DNA from: Chiloscyllium plagiosum
Taxonomy: Eukaryota
Reading direction: 5' to 3'
DNA length: 64,000 nt
NCBI RefSeq assembly: GCF_004010195.1
Contig: NC_057752.1
Coordinates: 12,094,923 to 12,158,922, forward strand
The notes below the pieces were generated by a model that had not been told where the DNA came from, did not search any database, and worked only from the letters and a program-made list of their open reading frames with translations. Below are positions 38,053 through 52,599 of the stretch, one piece after another. Positions within the stretch are counted from its first letter, which is position 1. Each line of letters starts with the position of its first letter. The translations under genes and the position numbers were made by a program.

Positions 38053-39540
38053 CATTGAGTTGCTGGTGTAGCTCACAATACAGCACTGAAGTGAAGAAGC
38101 AACCTGTAAATGGATCGGAGATGTGCTGTGAAGGTTCTTAGAGGCTGGCATATGTTGGCTGCCAATGTCTGTGGACATGGCATGGTTGTGGCCAGTGCCC
38201 AGTTTTCAATGTGAATATCAAGTTTTCAGGATGTTTAACTTGCTTGGCAAGATGGGAGCCTGTGGACAGGGACTTGCAGGGGATTTGAGGAAGGATTTTT
38301 TTTTTCACTCATAGGGTCGTAGATATCTGGAACTTGCTCCTAAAAAGGAGATAGCGGCATGAATCCTCAAGATATCTAAGAAGTACTTGGATAGACACTT
38401 GAAATGCCATAGCATACCAGGCTATGTGCCAAGTGCTGGAATATGGGATTAGGATAGATGGATGTTTCACAACTGCAAACATGATGGGCCAAAGGGCCTC
38501 TTTCCATGCTGCAAAACCTCTGACTTGCTCTGTACAAAGTCCCCAAATTTTTATGTCTGTTGTTTTACGTTAACTGAAACTATTAACCTGTAGTACTTTA
38601 GAGAGGTACTTTAGAGAGCTCCTGTCTATTACAGATAAGCAAATTCTAATCACAAGTAACCAGCTATGAACTATCAACATATGGATCGACTAGTTAAAAC
38701 TCTAACTTCCTTTTCAAACGTGTGTATAGATAGAAAGACAAACAAAAGGTGGTTTCATGGAGGGGCTGGAGGGGGTGGGAAAGAGGGCTAGGAGTCACAG
38801 TTCAAAAGCACTAGGGTTTACTGAGATGATCCTTTCACTTACCAGGGCTTTGACTTTCAATCTCATTCTCCAGGTTCTTTATACTTCTTTGCAGGAGGCA
38901 CAGGACGATTGGTACACCAATTACAAAGTCTCTCAGTTACTGGTTAAAGGCAACAGGTTACAGTAACTGGCAAGAGGAAAGGCTTCAGGTATTTGTACTA
39001 CAGAGAGACGGACCCCCACCTGCCCTTCCAACAGTCTGAAGGCTTCTCACTGTATCATTCACATCAACATTCATTTGCTGATGAACCAATCAGTTGGGCT
39101 GATGAGCTTGAGCATCCATTACTGATCACAATTGCACATTCCAATCAATAATTTCAGCCAGCCAAACCTCATTCTGCACGTGTGCACATGCTGGTGCTGC
39201 ATCATCTAGTGTCCCACACCACTTTAACAAAGCAATAATATAAACACCACACAAAATTCCAGTAACTTGGTTTTAGAAGTGCAGCAATTCCTTCCACAGT
39301 CCTTTGATTTTAAAATAGCCCTGTTTTCCATTTTAGTCAAAAAAAAACAAAGTAAAACAAACAGTCTTTACATAGAGAACAACTACCGAAATACAAGTTC
39401 CGAGAGATTTACATCTTATGGTGCATGAGTCACAATATGTTAGTATACAGATATAGCATGTAACCAAGAAGGCTAATGGGATATTATCCTTCATTACAAG
39501 AGGCTTCATTATCCTTCATTACAAGAGAACATAAGTAAGG

Positions 39541-39757
39541 ATGATTTGGAGATTCCGGTGTTGGACTGGGGTGTACAAAGTTAAAAATCACACAACACCA
39601 GGTTATAGTCCAACAGGTTTAATTGGAAACACTAGCTTTCAGAGCACTGCTCCTTCATCAGGTACTCCACAACCACCTGATGAAAGAGCAGCACTCCAAA
39701 AGCTAGTGTTTCCAAATAAACCTGTTGGACTATAACCTGGTGTTGTGTGATTTTTAA
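39541..39757. repeat. Palindromic Penelope-derived element with hammerhead core
   Basis: Arms ttaaaaatcacacaacaccaggttatagtccaacaggttt...ttcatcaggt and the inverse. The left arm on the minus strand reads AC-CUGAUGA-AGGAGCAGUGCUCU-GAAAGCUA-GU (39631-39663). Confidence 0.85.
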
Positions 39758-40550
39758 ATAGGTAAGGATGGTATGCTTCAGTTATCTACAGCATTAGTAC
39801 GACCACATCACAAATTACTATCTGCAGTTTTGGACCTCTTATTTAAAGAAGGATGTAAATAGAGGCGTTTCAGAGCAGATTCATGAAGTTGGCTAGACCT
39901 AGAAGGAGTGCCAAGTCTTATGAGGATAGGTTTAATATGTTTCCACTGGTTTAAAATTAGGTGCCACCCTTTTGGGACAAATAGGAGGTTTTTTTTTTCT
40001 CCCAGAAGTCTGTGTGATGTTGGAATTAGCTGTCCTTAGGCAGTAGAGACAAGATCACAGAATATTTTTAAGACAGTTGGACAGACTTTTGCTGAGCAGG
40101 GGAATTAATGGTTATCGGGGTAGATGGGAATTTAGTACATAAGCAGATCAGTCATAACCTTATTAAATAGTGGGGCAGGCTCAAGGGGCTGAATGGTCTA
40201 CATCTCCTATTTTTTATGTTTGTAAAATGTAAAGCAAGAACTGACAATTACCGAAATTGCTCCAAATATTTTCTGAAGTTCTTCAGGCATTTTCTCTGGT
40301 TCACCTTGAGCGAAACGTTTATGGATGTCACTACTACAGACACTATGAACGAATACAAAACTTCTAAATGCATACAATTGCATCATGCACTTTCGCAGCG
40401 CAACAGGATAATAGCCAATAGGTGCCATGTGGCTGTTTATAACTTCCAGAAATTGTGTCCCCACCTCGTGCCATGTAAGATTGCTGAGAACAAAACTCCC
40501 AGGATAACTACTTTAAAGCAAATGAGCAGAATTTGTTTGTATAAAAGTTG

Positions 40551-40762
40551 GGATGTGGAGGTACTGGTGTTGGACTGGGTTGCATTAAGGTCAAAAATTA
40601 CACAACATCAGGTTATTGTCCAATAGGTTAACTTGAGAACACTAGCTTTTGGAGCGCTGCTCCTTCATCAGGTGTTGAAGGAACAGCGGTCCGAAAGCTA
40701 GTATTTTCAAATAAACCCATTGGATTAAACCCATTGGTGTCGTGTGATTTTTGACCTTGTAT
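40551..40762. repeat. Second, more diverged palindromic Penelope-derived element
   Basis: Same family and fold-back layout as 39541-39757. Confidence 0.8.
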
Positions 40763-40769
40763 AAAAGTT

Positions 40770-42130
40770 GTTGGTCGGTTCACTGAGCTGGTTGATTTTC
40801 TTGCCCAGGTTTCATATCCTTCCTGGGTGACATTTTCAGAGCCGTGTAGCCTTCGGATGAAGCTGCCCTGAATTTATACGGCACTTTCTGTTGCAGTGGG
40901 TGGTTCTAATTCCAGTTTTGTACCATGGTGGTGTGTAGATGTTTGTTTACGGAACCAGTGGATGAATACCAGGCCTCCAGGAATTCCCGAGCTTGTTTTT
41001 ATTTAGCCTGTCCCAGTATCATAACATTGTCTCAGTTGAATTGGTGTCCTTTGTTGTCAGTGTGTATCGATATGAGAGAGGACCGGTTGTGTTGCAAGTT
41101 GATGTTCGTGTTTCCTACTCCTTTCTCCTATGTAATATTTCTCGCAGTTACTGCCTGGTATTTTATATATCACATTAGTCCTATATGTTGTGGGTATGGG
41201 GTCTTTTGTCCTGGATAGTAGCTGGTGAAGTGTAGCTGTTGGTTTGTGTGCTGTCATTATTCCCAGAGGACGTAGAAATGTCATTGTTAGTTCTGAGATG
41301 TTTCTAATGGTGGCACGGTGGCACAGTGGTTAGCACTGCTGCCTCACAGCACCAGAGACCCAGGTTCAATTCCCGCCTCAGGCAACTGTCTGTGTGGAGT
41401 TTGCACATTCTCCCCGTGTCTGTGTGGGGTTCCTCCGGGTGCTCTGGTTTCCTCCCACAGTCCAAAAATGTGCAGGTTAGGTGAATTGGCCACACTAAAT
41501 TGCCTGTAGTGTTAGTTGAAGGGGTAAATGTAGGGGAATGAGTCTGGGTGGGTTGCTCTTCAGAGGGTCGGTATGGGCTTGTTGGGCCGAAGGGCCTGTT
41601 TCCACGCTGTAAGTAATCTAATGTAGGGTAGGGTGACCAGTGTGTTGGGGAGGCGGGGGCAGCACAGTGTCTTCTTGATGCTGTTTGTATGCCACGCATC
41701 AGCGGATGAAGCTGATAGGGTACCCATTATTGGCAAAGATTTTGCATAGGTGCTCCTCTTCTTTTTTGCAGAGTTCTGGGTTGTTGCAGTGCGTTGTGGC
41801 TTGTTTAAATAGGGTGTTGACATAGCTCTGTTTGTGGAGGTTGGAGTGGTTACTGTTGTAAATGAGGATGTGGTCTGTATGTGTAGATTTTCTGTACACT
41901 CTGGTAAGGAATTCACTGTTGTTCATTCACTCGCTCAACCAGTATGTCTAAGGATGGGAGTTAGTTGTTGTTCTCTTCTTCTCTGGTGAACTTGATGAGA
42001 TGATGTGTACTTTCCAATTTGAACCGTTTAATGATAACAAAACTTTTGTCCACGTATCTGATCCACAGTTTGGGCTGGATCTGGGGGAGGGCTGTGCTTT
42101 CTAGCCTTTGCAATTCTGCTTCAGCGATTT
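40770..42130 (-). mobile_element. Penelope-like element remnant (RT plus GIY-YIG) with nested V-SINE at 41308-41622 (+)
   Basis: VYRKSTHTDHILIYNSNH...NGYP; TNVIYKIPGSNCEKYYIGE. Confidence 0.85.
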
Positions 42131-43004
42131 GTTTTAGCTACGCTATTAGAGCATCAGACTGCATGAATTCTAGCACGCCCTGAGGTAACAATGAAAGAAA
42201 TGTGTAAACTATATTCTGGCTGATCTCCCACACTCAATACAATAATGCAACTGAGGAGAAGGATCAAATGAGAATGACTGACACTATGTCTTTTAATCAG
42301 CTGCATTTATGTTTATACTGTGAACTGAAACACAAAACCAGCATTGTACTATAAGTATCAAATTCTAAAGGGCCACGCCACTATTCACGTTTGTTGGGAG
42401 ATCCTGAATATTGGTTTAAACAAACTTTATAATGTTCTGACAGCATTTGATTGCTGCTTTTCAATATCTCTGTATTTTCTACATAAATCAACCAGGTCAG
42501 CAGTAAAACTAAGGAACTGCTGTCCCATTGTACATATTATAGGATATTGGAAAAGGATTCAAAGTTTGTGAGAAGATTTGTAGCTCGGGTGCTCGTTGTT
42601 GTGGTTGTGTTCGCCGAGCTGGGAATGTGTGTTGCAGACGTTTTGTCCCCTGTCTAGGTTACATCCTCAATGCTTGGGAGCCTCCTGTGAAGTGCTTCTG
42701 TGATGTTTCTTTTGAAGTTTATACGCCAGAGGGCTGTTCATGGTCAGCTTCTGGATGTTTTCAAGACAAAGGTCAATCGAGTCTTGGAGATTAAAAAGGT
42801 TATGGAATGAGGATAGTGTAGGAAAGTGGAGTTGAGGTAAAAGATCAGCCACAGAAACTCTACAGTGTGTAAGCAGGCCATTTGGCATATGGAGTCCACA
42901 CCCCCTACCCTATACCTGTGACCCTGCATTTCTCACAACCAATCCACCCTAACCTGCACATCCCTGGACATGATGGACAATTTAGCATGGCCAATCCACA
43001 GGGT

Positions 43005-43832
43005 TGTATGGACCCATTCATGGTAGGCGCTGCAAGACATGTCAGAGTGTGGACATAGATACCACCATTACGCGTGGGGACACCTCCCACCTTGTACTCA
43101 TGTGACTCAGCCAACGTTGTCTATCTTATACGTTGCAGGTAAGGATGGCATGGTACATTGGGGAAACCGAGCAGAGGCTACGACAACGGATGAATGGGCA
43201 CCGCACAACAATCAACAGACAGGAGGGTTCCCTCCCAGTTGGGGAACACTTCAGTGGTCCAGGACATTCAACCTCGGACCTTCGGGTGACCATCCTCCAA
43301 GGTGGACTTCGGGACAGGCAGCAAAGGAAAGTGGCCGAGCAGAGGCTGATAGCTAAGTTCAGTACCCATAGGGAGGGCCTCAACCGGGACCTTGGGTTCA
43401 TGTCACATTACAGGTGACCACCATTGCATTATACACACACACAGACACTCCTATATACACACACACACACACACGCGCGCACTCCTATACACACACGTAC
43501 ACAGATGCGTACACAGACACCCACACACACCCTTATAGACACACACACTCCCACACTCNNNNNNNNNNNNNNNNNNNNNNGTTATCTCACTTTTTAGATT
43601 GGAATCAATCTAAACATCAGGTCATAGACAGGGAACACAGGGGGCTAACACCTTCAACATATTGTCTAGCTATCACCATTGTTAACAGCTAACCGAGAAT
43701 GCAACTTTTTAAAAAAAAAGGTTTTGTGATTTACACATGAAAGAAGTGAAACTATCGCTGTATTCTAACAGATGAAAGGCTTAACAGACAATCAATTTTT
43801 CAATGTATAATTTCAGTTACATCACACTGTAC
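43005..43832 (+). mobile_element. Penelope-like (Neptune-type, inferred) 3' fragment with GIY-YIG and CA-rich tract, inserted in a V-SINE
   Basis: YIGETEQRLRQRMNGHR...PVGEHF...EQRLIAKF...GLNRD; SINE halves at about 42860-43000 and 43840-43910; small N gap at 43559-43580. Confidence 0.85.
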
Positions 43833-44199
43833 ATTACACCCTAGGGTGGAATCAAACCTGGGTCCCTGGCGCTGTGAAGCAGCAGTGTTAACCACTGAGC
43901 CACTGTGCCACTCCATGATCATATCAAATGGCAGAGTAACCTTGAGGAGCCAAATGACCTACTCTTGCAGCTATTTCATCTGAAACCCATATTAACAGGC
44001 AAGAAACGCCATTCATGTATTTCCCAGGAACAGCTCAAATAAAACTATGCCTCTAATTACTGCAGTACATCTGGTGTAGGCACATCCACAGTTTATGGAA
44101 GTGAGTATCAGCTTTTTAACAAGTTGATATTAGAGTTTAAATGCTCATATAATCTGACTCCCCCCCCTTTTCTTCCTTGAGATCTGCTTCCATTTCTGA

Positions 44200-44405
44200 A
44201 GATAGGCTAGTCACCAAATCCCACCAACGCCCACAGTTACCTGGACTATACAACCTCACATCCTGCCTCCTGTAAGGATTCCATTCATTTTTTCCAGTTT
44301 CTCTGTCTCTATTGCATCTATTCTGCTGTCACCTTCTGCAGGGGAAGGGGGGTTGAAATGTCTACCTTTCTCCTCAATTAAGGATTCTCCACTGGCGTGG
44401 TTGAT
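44200..44405 (+). mobile_element. Penelope RT fragment
   Basis: PTNAHSYLDYTTSHPASCKDSI. Confidence 0.6.
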
Positions 44406-44499
44406 AGTTATGGACTAGGCCAGACCACTCAAAACCTTCTTAAGCAGGCAGCCCACACCATAATTTTGCAGTTTGTTTCGGTTAAGTGTACAGTGAAAA

Positions 44500-47065
44500 T
44501 GGCTGATAGGTTTTTCAATTCCATTTTCCCTCCTTCTCCTCATAACGTTTGATCCCCTTGGCAATCAAGACCTGTTTTAAATATACTCAATGACCTGGCC
44601 TCCATAGCCTTCTGTGGCAGTGAACTCCATCGATTCCCCACTCTCTGGCTGAAGACGTTTCTCTTTATCTCTGTTCTAAAAGGTCTTCCCTTTACTCTAA
44701 GGCTGTGCCCTCAGGTCCTCATCTCTCCTGTCAATGGAAACATCTTCCCAACGTCCGTTCTGTCCAGGCCGTTCAGTATTCTGTTTGTTTCAATCAGATT
44801 CCCCCCCCCCCCCCCCCCTCCTCCTCATCCTTCTAAACTCCATTGAGTATAGTCCCAGAGTCCTCAAACATTACTCATATGTTAAGCCTTTCATTACTGG
44901 GACCATTCTCGTGAACCTCTTCTGCACCCGGTCCAGGGCCAATACATCCTTCCTGAAGTATGGGGCCCAAAACTGTCCCAATTTTGCTACTCTCAACATG
45001 ATGCTCCCACCAAATTTCCAGAGATGCATTGAGCTTGAGCCCAATTCTTGATATGCTTTCATCAGGCTGTGCCTGTTTCAAAGAGACTCCTGCAACACTC
45101 CTCAGCTGGGAGAGGAATCAATGACATCCGCTGGGCCTGTGTTTCAATGCTGCACTGCGGTCAGGAGAGTACAAAAGGAAGAGCAGTGGCATTGGGAAAT
45201 GTCATGATGGCAGCTCCTAACCCACAGTGCAGGGGAATTGCACTGAGTCGGCAGTCAAAAGAACTGTTCGGATTAATGATAAATCAAGATGTATGAAAAA
45301 TTAAGAATGTTTTGGCTAAATTACAGGGGTCAACTTTTACATGAGATTAACTATTACTTGAATAGCTGTGGTAAAATCAATTAATTGTTAAATGTGGGAT
45401 TGAAAGCTAGTCTTCCTATTGGCAATGAAACTGTTGGATTATTATAGAGTCATAGAGATGTACAGCACGGAAACAGACCCTTCGGTCCAACCAGTCCATG
45501 CCGACCAGATATCCTAAATTAATCTAGTCCCATTTGCCACCATTTGGCCCATATCCCTCTAAACCCTTTCTATTCATATACCAATCCAGGGGCCTTTTAA
45601 ATGGTGTAATTGTACCAGCTTCCACCACTTCCTCTGGCAGCTCATTCTATACACCCACCACCCTCTGTGTGAAAAGGTTGCCCCTCAGGTCCCTTTTAAA
45701 TCTTTTTCCTCTTACCTTAAACCTATGTCCTCTAGGTTTGGACACTCCCAATCTGAGAAAAAGACCTTGGGTATTCACCCTATCCATGCTCCTCATGATT
45801 TTATAAACCTCTATAAGGTGACCTCTCAGCCTCCGATGCTCCAGGGAAAACAGCCTCAGCCTATTCAGCCTCTCCCGATAGCTCAAACACTCTAGTCCCA
45901 GTAACAACCTTGTAAATCCTTTCTGCACCCTTTCAAGTTTAACAACAACTAATCTAATCTAATCTAATCTAAACATCTTTCCTATAGCAGGGAGACCAGA
46001 ATTGAGCACAGTATTCCAAAAGTCACTTAACCAATGTCCTGTACAGCCACATGACGTTCCAACTCCTAATGCACTGACCAATAAAGGCAAGCATACCAAA
46101 TACCTTCTTTACTACCCTGTCTACCTGTGACTCTACTTTCAAGGAACTGTAAAACCTGCACTCCAATGTCTGCACTCCCAACAGTTCGGCACACTCCCCA
46201 AGACCCTACAATTAAGTGAATAAGTCCTGCCCTGATTTGCCTTACCAAAATGTAACATCTCACATTTATCTATATTAAACTCCATTTGCCACTCCTCGAC
46301 CGACCAGCCTACCTGATCAAGATCCCAATGCACTTTGGGATAACCCTCTTCACTGTCCACTATCCCAACAATTTTGGTGTCATCTGCAAACTTACTAACT
46401 ATTCCCCCTATATTCATATCCAATCATTGACACAAATGACAAAAAAGCAGTGAATCCAAATGGCTAGCTCTCCCTGGATTCTATGTGCTCTAACCTTGCT
46501 AACCAGTCTACCTTATTGAATGCCTTGCTGAAGTTCATATAGATCACATCCACCACTCTGTCTTCATTAATCTTCTTGTCACCTCTTCAAAAAAACGCAG
46601 TCAAGTTAGTGAGACACGATTCCCCACTCACAAAACCATGTTGACTATCCCTAATCAATCCTTGTAGGAGCAAATGACTTCAGATGCTGGAATCGTTACT
46701 GCAAAACAAATGCTGGTGATCACAGTGAATCAGGCAGCATCCATTGAGAGACAGCAAGCTAATGTTTAGAGTCCAGATGACTCTTCATCAGAGCTTCACT
46801 TCAGCTCTGAAGAGTCATCTAGACTTGTAACATTAGTTTGCTCTCTCTCCATAGATGTGATCCTAACCAATCTTTGCCTTTCCAAAATACATATAGATCC
46901 TGTCCCTCAGAATTCCCTCCAACAACTTACCCATCACTGACGTCAGGCTCACCAGTCTATAGTTCCCTGATTTTTCCTTACCACCTTTCTTAAATAATGG
47001 CACCACATTAGCCACCCTCCAGTCTTCCGACCCCTCACCAGTGGCTATCCATGATACAAGTATCT
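44500..47065 (-). mobile_element. CR1 fragments (44500-44975, 45445-47065) with a small palindromic insert (about 46665-46860)
   Basis: QFWAPYFRKDV, FADDTK, WQMEFNIDKCE and CR1 3' UTR. Confidence 0.8.
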
Positions 47066-48954
47066 AGCAAAGCGGCTGTTGTCAAAACCCATCAGATTCA
47101 CAAATACCCTTTTGAGAAGGAAATCTACTGTCTTTACCCAGTCCAGCCTACAAATTATTTCACTCGACACTAGCCCTTTAAATGGCCAGCATAAAGCTCA
47201 GCTGTTCCAAATGGCAATAGCATTTTTGAAAAGAAATTTAAAAGAACAGCTTATGAAATTGGCTATGCACTTTTTGCCTATTTTTGTATTTCATTCAAGT
47301 TTTAAGAGGGCAGTCATTGCGACACTTAATTTCAGTGCAAGATGCCATCAATTTAGTTGCATCGAGCTCTGTTTTTGTTTGTAGAACCAGAGAAAACAAA
47401 ATATGGGATTAGCTAACAGCCTCTTGTCTTTGTGCATATCTATAGGCTATTTACTCTGAACAGCCTTTTCTCAACTGTGCTTTATCTAGAAAGACTGAGT
47501 AGTACATCAGAACTCTGCAGTTATTGTGCCATAACTCCCAAAATCTTCACACACACATGCTGCACTGCCCCACCCAGGCCCCATCTCAGTCGTGATTAAT
47601 GGGAACAAGAAAATGACACATTTGGACCAAACCATGTCATATGTCCACACTAGTGACAGCTTCTAAATAAAGAAACCATTTCATGAAACCACACAGCCAA
47701 TACTGCCCAGAGGTTACTGAAACAAAAATACTGACTGAAATTGTATCAAAAGTTATCTCCAATCATCTGATCACCAACAATTTTCCATTTATTTCTCTGT
47801 TGCCTCTGTTCTAATGACACCACCTTCCAACAACTGCTTCTGATATATCATCCTTTCCCCTCAGCTTAGAATTCTCAACCACTGTGATTGACAGGGGCCC
47901 CTCTACTCTGCTTGATCAATAGGCTACATTCCTGCTCTCATCTTTCTCTTTCCTCCCCTCATCCTCACTTTCAATCTAGCAATCTCTAAAGGCAACAGAT
48001 GATCCTCTGCCATTTATGCCAGCTCTAGTCCATTCCTCCACCTGCCACATTTTCCCCTGTGCTTCCTTTTTCAGAATCCAGAAGGGGTCTGTTCCCTTTG
48101 GGAAACCCTGCTTCATTCCTCATCACCCCTAACACTTCTTTTCTTCCCAACAGCAGCTTCCTGTCCAAACATGGGAGATGCATCACCTGATCTTTTATTT
48201 CCACTCTTTCCATTGTCCATGACTTTAAAAACTCTATGGGAGTTGAGGCAAGAGTCAAATTGAATTTGTCGAAGATGGTCCCATAGTTCTCCCCACCTCG
48301 TAATAACAGCAGATGGTGGAAATCTGCCCTAGTATTAGTAATGCTATAATGATAGAGGCATATCAGCAAACAGCTACTGAAGCAACTTTTCTTTTCAAAT
48401 CTCACTTCACGATCACAGTAATGTTATGCTTCAGGAGGCAGCAGTTTGGCCAATCGTGCTTGCATTAGCTCTCGAAACGAACATCGTGACTTATTGCTGT
48501 CGTTCTGTGTTTTCCCCATGTCCTTGCACATCATTCCTATTTAAATAATCACCCAATACCCTCTTGAATGCCTCAAATGAACCTACCTCCCCAGTCCTGA
48601 AGTACAGTCATATTCGACTCTGTTGTTCTCTCCACGGATGCTGCCAGACCAGCTGAGTTTCTTCAGCATTCTCTGTGTCTACCTCCACCACACTTACTTA
48701 CAGTACATTCCCGACCTGAACCACTCATCAACTAAACATATTTTGTCAGATATCACATTTCTTTCTTATGCAAATTATTTTAGACCTGTGCCCTCTTGTT
48801 CTTGATCCCTTTAAGAGCAGGAATAGTTTCTCCCTCTCTCTATCCAGCACCCACATGATTTTGGAAACTTCAGAGCTCCTCTTGGCTGCCTTCTCTCCAA
48901 GGAGAACTTCTCCAAATTTATCATTATAACTGAAGTTTTACATCATGGAAGACT

Positions 48955-49925
48955 TAGAGCCACAGAGATGTACAGCACGGAAACAGACCCTTCGGTCCAA
49001 CCCATCCATGCCGACCAGATATCCCAACACAATCTAGTCCCACCTGCCAGCACCCAGCCCATGTCCCTCCAAACCTTCCTATTCATATACCCATCCAAAT
49101 GCCTCTTAAATGTTGCAATTGTACCAGCNNNNNNNNNNNNNNNNNNNNNNNNNNNNNNNNNNNNNNNNNNNNNNNNNNNNNNNNNNNNNNNNNNNNNNNN
49201 NNNNNNNNNNNNNNNNNNNNNNNNNNNNNNNNNNNNNNNNNNNNNNNNNNNNNNNNNNNNNNNNNNNNNNNNNNNNNNNNNNNNNNNNNNNNNNNNNNNN
49301 NNNNNNNNNNNNNNNNNNNNNNNNNNNNNNNNNNNNNNNNNNNNNNNNNNNNNNNNNNNNNNNNNNNNNNNNNNNNNNNNNNNNNNNNNNNNNNNNNNNN
49401 NNNNNNNNNNNNNNNNNNNNNNNNNNNNNNNNNNNNNNNNNNNNNNNNNNNNNNGTCCTGCTAAGATTTGCTTTCCCAAAATGCAGCACCTCGCATTTAT
49501 CTGAATTAAACTCCATCTGCCACTTCTCAGCCCACTGGCCCATCTGGTCAAGATCCTGCTGTAATCTGAGGTAACCTTCTTCTCTGTCCAGTACACCTCC
49601 AATTTTGGTGTCATCTGCAAACTTACTAACTGTACCTTATGCTCATATCCAAATCATTTATATAAATGACAAAAAGTAGTGGACACAGCACCGATCCTTG
49701 TGGCACTCCACTGGTCACAGGCCTCCAGTCTGAAAAACAACCCTCCACCACCACCCTCTGTCTTCTACCTTTGAGCCAGTTCTGTATCCAAATGGCTAGT
49801 TTTCCCTGTATTCCGTGAGATCTAACCTTGCTAACCAGTCTCTCATACTAACCTTGTCGAACGCCTTACTGATGTCCATATAGATCACATCTACCATTCT
49901 GTCCTCATCAATCCTCTTTGTTACT
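48955..49925 (-). mobile_element. CR1 3' part spanning an assembly gap (49129-49454)
   Basis: WQMEFNSDKCEVLHFGK and the 3' UTR lie on either side of the N run. Confidence 0.85.
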
Positions 49926-49929
49926 GACT

Positions 49930-52260
49930 ACTAATTTTGTCCCAAAGAAATGTTCTTGCTACTCAGATTAAACTGATTGGTTTGTAATTGCTGGGTACAA
50001 ACTCACAAACCTTTCTGAACAAAGCCATGATGTTGGCAATTCTTGAGTCCTCTGGCACCTCCATGGGAAAACAGAAAAGTGTTCCTGTAATTTCCACATT
50101 CTCTTCTCTCAATATCCTTGGATGCATCTTATCTGGTCCCGATGCCTTGTCAACTTAAAAGTACCAACCGGTTATCACACATTTACTCATCGAATTTGAA
50201 AACTTCTAGTTTCCTCATTGCCACTGTGACCTGAGTAGCGTTGACCTCCTTGGTAAAGACAGATGTAAAGTATTCACTTAATACCTCAACCATGCCCCTG
50301 CCTCCATGTGTACATCCCTTTTCTGGTCCCTAATTGGCCCCACTTATTCTTTTACCACTCTTTTACTGTTTGTGTTACTTGTAGACAACTTTGGGATCCT
50401 CCTTTATGTTTGCTGCCAGTCTTTTATTCTGTTTTGTTTTTGCTTTTCTGATTTACTTTTTCTAATAAGACCCTTCTATATTCCTCTTGATTCTCAATTG
50501 TACCTGACATATGCCGCATTTTTTTCTTCTTTATAGAGTCATAGAGATGTAAGCATGAAACTGACCCTTTGGTCCAACTCCTCCATGCCGACCAGATATC
50601 CTAAACTAATCTAGTTCCATTTGCCAGCACTTGGCCCATATCCCTCTGAACCCTTCCTATTCATATACCCATCCAGATGCTTTTTTAAATGTTGCAATTG
50701 TACCAGCCTTCACCACCTCCTCTGGCAGCTTATTCCACACATGCACCAGCCTCTGTGTGAAAAAGTTGCCCTTAGGTCCTTTTAAACCTTTCCCCTCTCA
50801 CCCTAAACCTATGTCTTCTAGTTCTGGACGACTTGTCATCTAGAGAGCTCTAGATTTGTTTGTCCTACCTTTCCCATTTGAGGGAATATGCCTGAACTGC
50901 ATCCGAACCATCTCCTGTTTGAATATGCTCATTGCTCAGTTACAGTTTATCCACCAACCTTCTGTTCCAGTCCATCTGGCCCAGTTCTGTTTTTGCCCCA
51001 CCGAAGCCAGCTCTCCATCAATTGCTTTTTCTTACTCTGGATTGCTGCATGTCATCCTTCACCACTATCCTAAACCTTATGATACAATGATCACTGTCTC
51101 CTAAATGTTTCCCTACTGACACTTGATCCACTTGGCCGACTGCATTTCCAAGAACCAGATCTAATAATGTATCCTTTTTGTCGGCCTGGACCCATGCTGT
51201 TGTAGCAAATTCACCTGAATACAATCCAAGAACACTTGCCTCTTACATTATCAATATCCCAATCTATTTGGGTGATTAAAGTCTCCTACAATGACTATTA
51301 TGTTGGCATCTCTCTCTAACTTCCCTGAAAAAAGCCTCACTTGAAGACCGTTCCATTAAATAATCCATCCTTATTGCAGGAACTAATTCCTCATTTAATA
51401 ATGCAACACTAACTCCCCTTTACACCCTCCCCTGTCTCGCTTGAAGATCCTATATCCTGGAATTTTGAGTTGCCAATCCTGCCCCTCCTCAACCACGTTT
51501 GTGATGGCAACAATATCACAATTCCATGTGCCAGTCTATAACCTTTAACAACTTCCCCTTACTCCCTTGTATCTCAACATGGCTGAACTCTCTCTGACTC
51601 GGTTCCCTTACTATCTCGTGCTGTGTTCCTATTTTACTAATGTGTTGTGCCCTCTCCCATTGATGAACTCATTTAAACTCTTTGCACTAGCAAACCCTCC
51701 CACAATTGTCCAATTTGTAGAGCTTCCCCCTTCCCCAGAAATGGTTTCAGTGATCCAGGAATATAAAACCCTCCCTCCTGCACTAACTCATGAGACAGGC
51801 ATTCATCTACTATATTTTCCATTCTCTGTACTTGTTAACATGACACTGGGCAGAATTCAGAGATGACAGCCTTTGAGGACCTGCTTTTTAATTCACTGCC
51901 TAGCTCCCTAAACTCTTGATGCAAGACTCATCCCTCATTCTACCTATATCGTTGGTACCAACATGTACCACAAACTTTGGCTCCTCTCCCTTCAGGATGC
52001 CCTGCAGCTTTTCAGTGACATCTTACCATGGCACCAGGGAGGCAACACACCATCCTGGAGTAGCATTGGTGGCATCAGAAATGCCTGTCTACACCCCTCA
52101 CTATTGAGTCTCCGACTGCTATTTTCCTCGGACTCTTGCTGCTCCCTCTTTGTGCAGCTAAGCTACCTGAAGCATCAGAAACCTTATCCTTGCTTCATTC
52201 CCCAGCGGAAGTCTCACTGTCACCATTTCCCAATACAGAAAAAATGGTTACCAAGTGGGA
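49930..52260 (-). mobile_element. Old CR1 (ORF1 esterase/APE remnants) with a younger CR1 3' end at 50533-50830
   Basis: LLDLVLGN...VGKHLGDSDH (APE end); VVHVGTND-like at about 51945-51972 on minus. Confidence 0.65.
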
Positions 52261-52599
52261 CTTCCTCTAGTGTTTCCTGGCCCCTTTCCTCTGCCTATTT
52301 CTTTTTAATTCACTCATGGGATGAGGGCATCACTGGCTAGACCAGCATTTATTGCCCATCCCTAATTTCGCAGACTGCAGTGAAGTGTCAAACACATTTC
52401 TGTGGGTTTGGAGTCACACGTAGGCCAGACCAGGTAAGATGGCAGATTTCCTTCCCTCCAGGGCATTAGTGAACCAGATGGCTTTTTCTAACAATGGTTT
52501 TGTGATCATTATTAGACCCTTAATTCCAGATTCTTTACTGAATTCAAATTCCACCATTTGCCATGGCAGGATTTGAACCCAGGTCCCCAGAGCATTACA

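Noticed and set aside
40207..40550. Non-TE-looking ORFs 40207-40464 (-) and 40216-40626 (+)
   Set aside because: No recognisable domain or convincing splice context.
45950..45972. (CTAAT)n tract; also (TTGAA)n near 58327 and CA-rich tracts
   Set aside because: Retroelement tails or simple microsatellites; not CRISPR-like or telomeric arrays.
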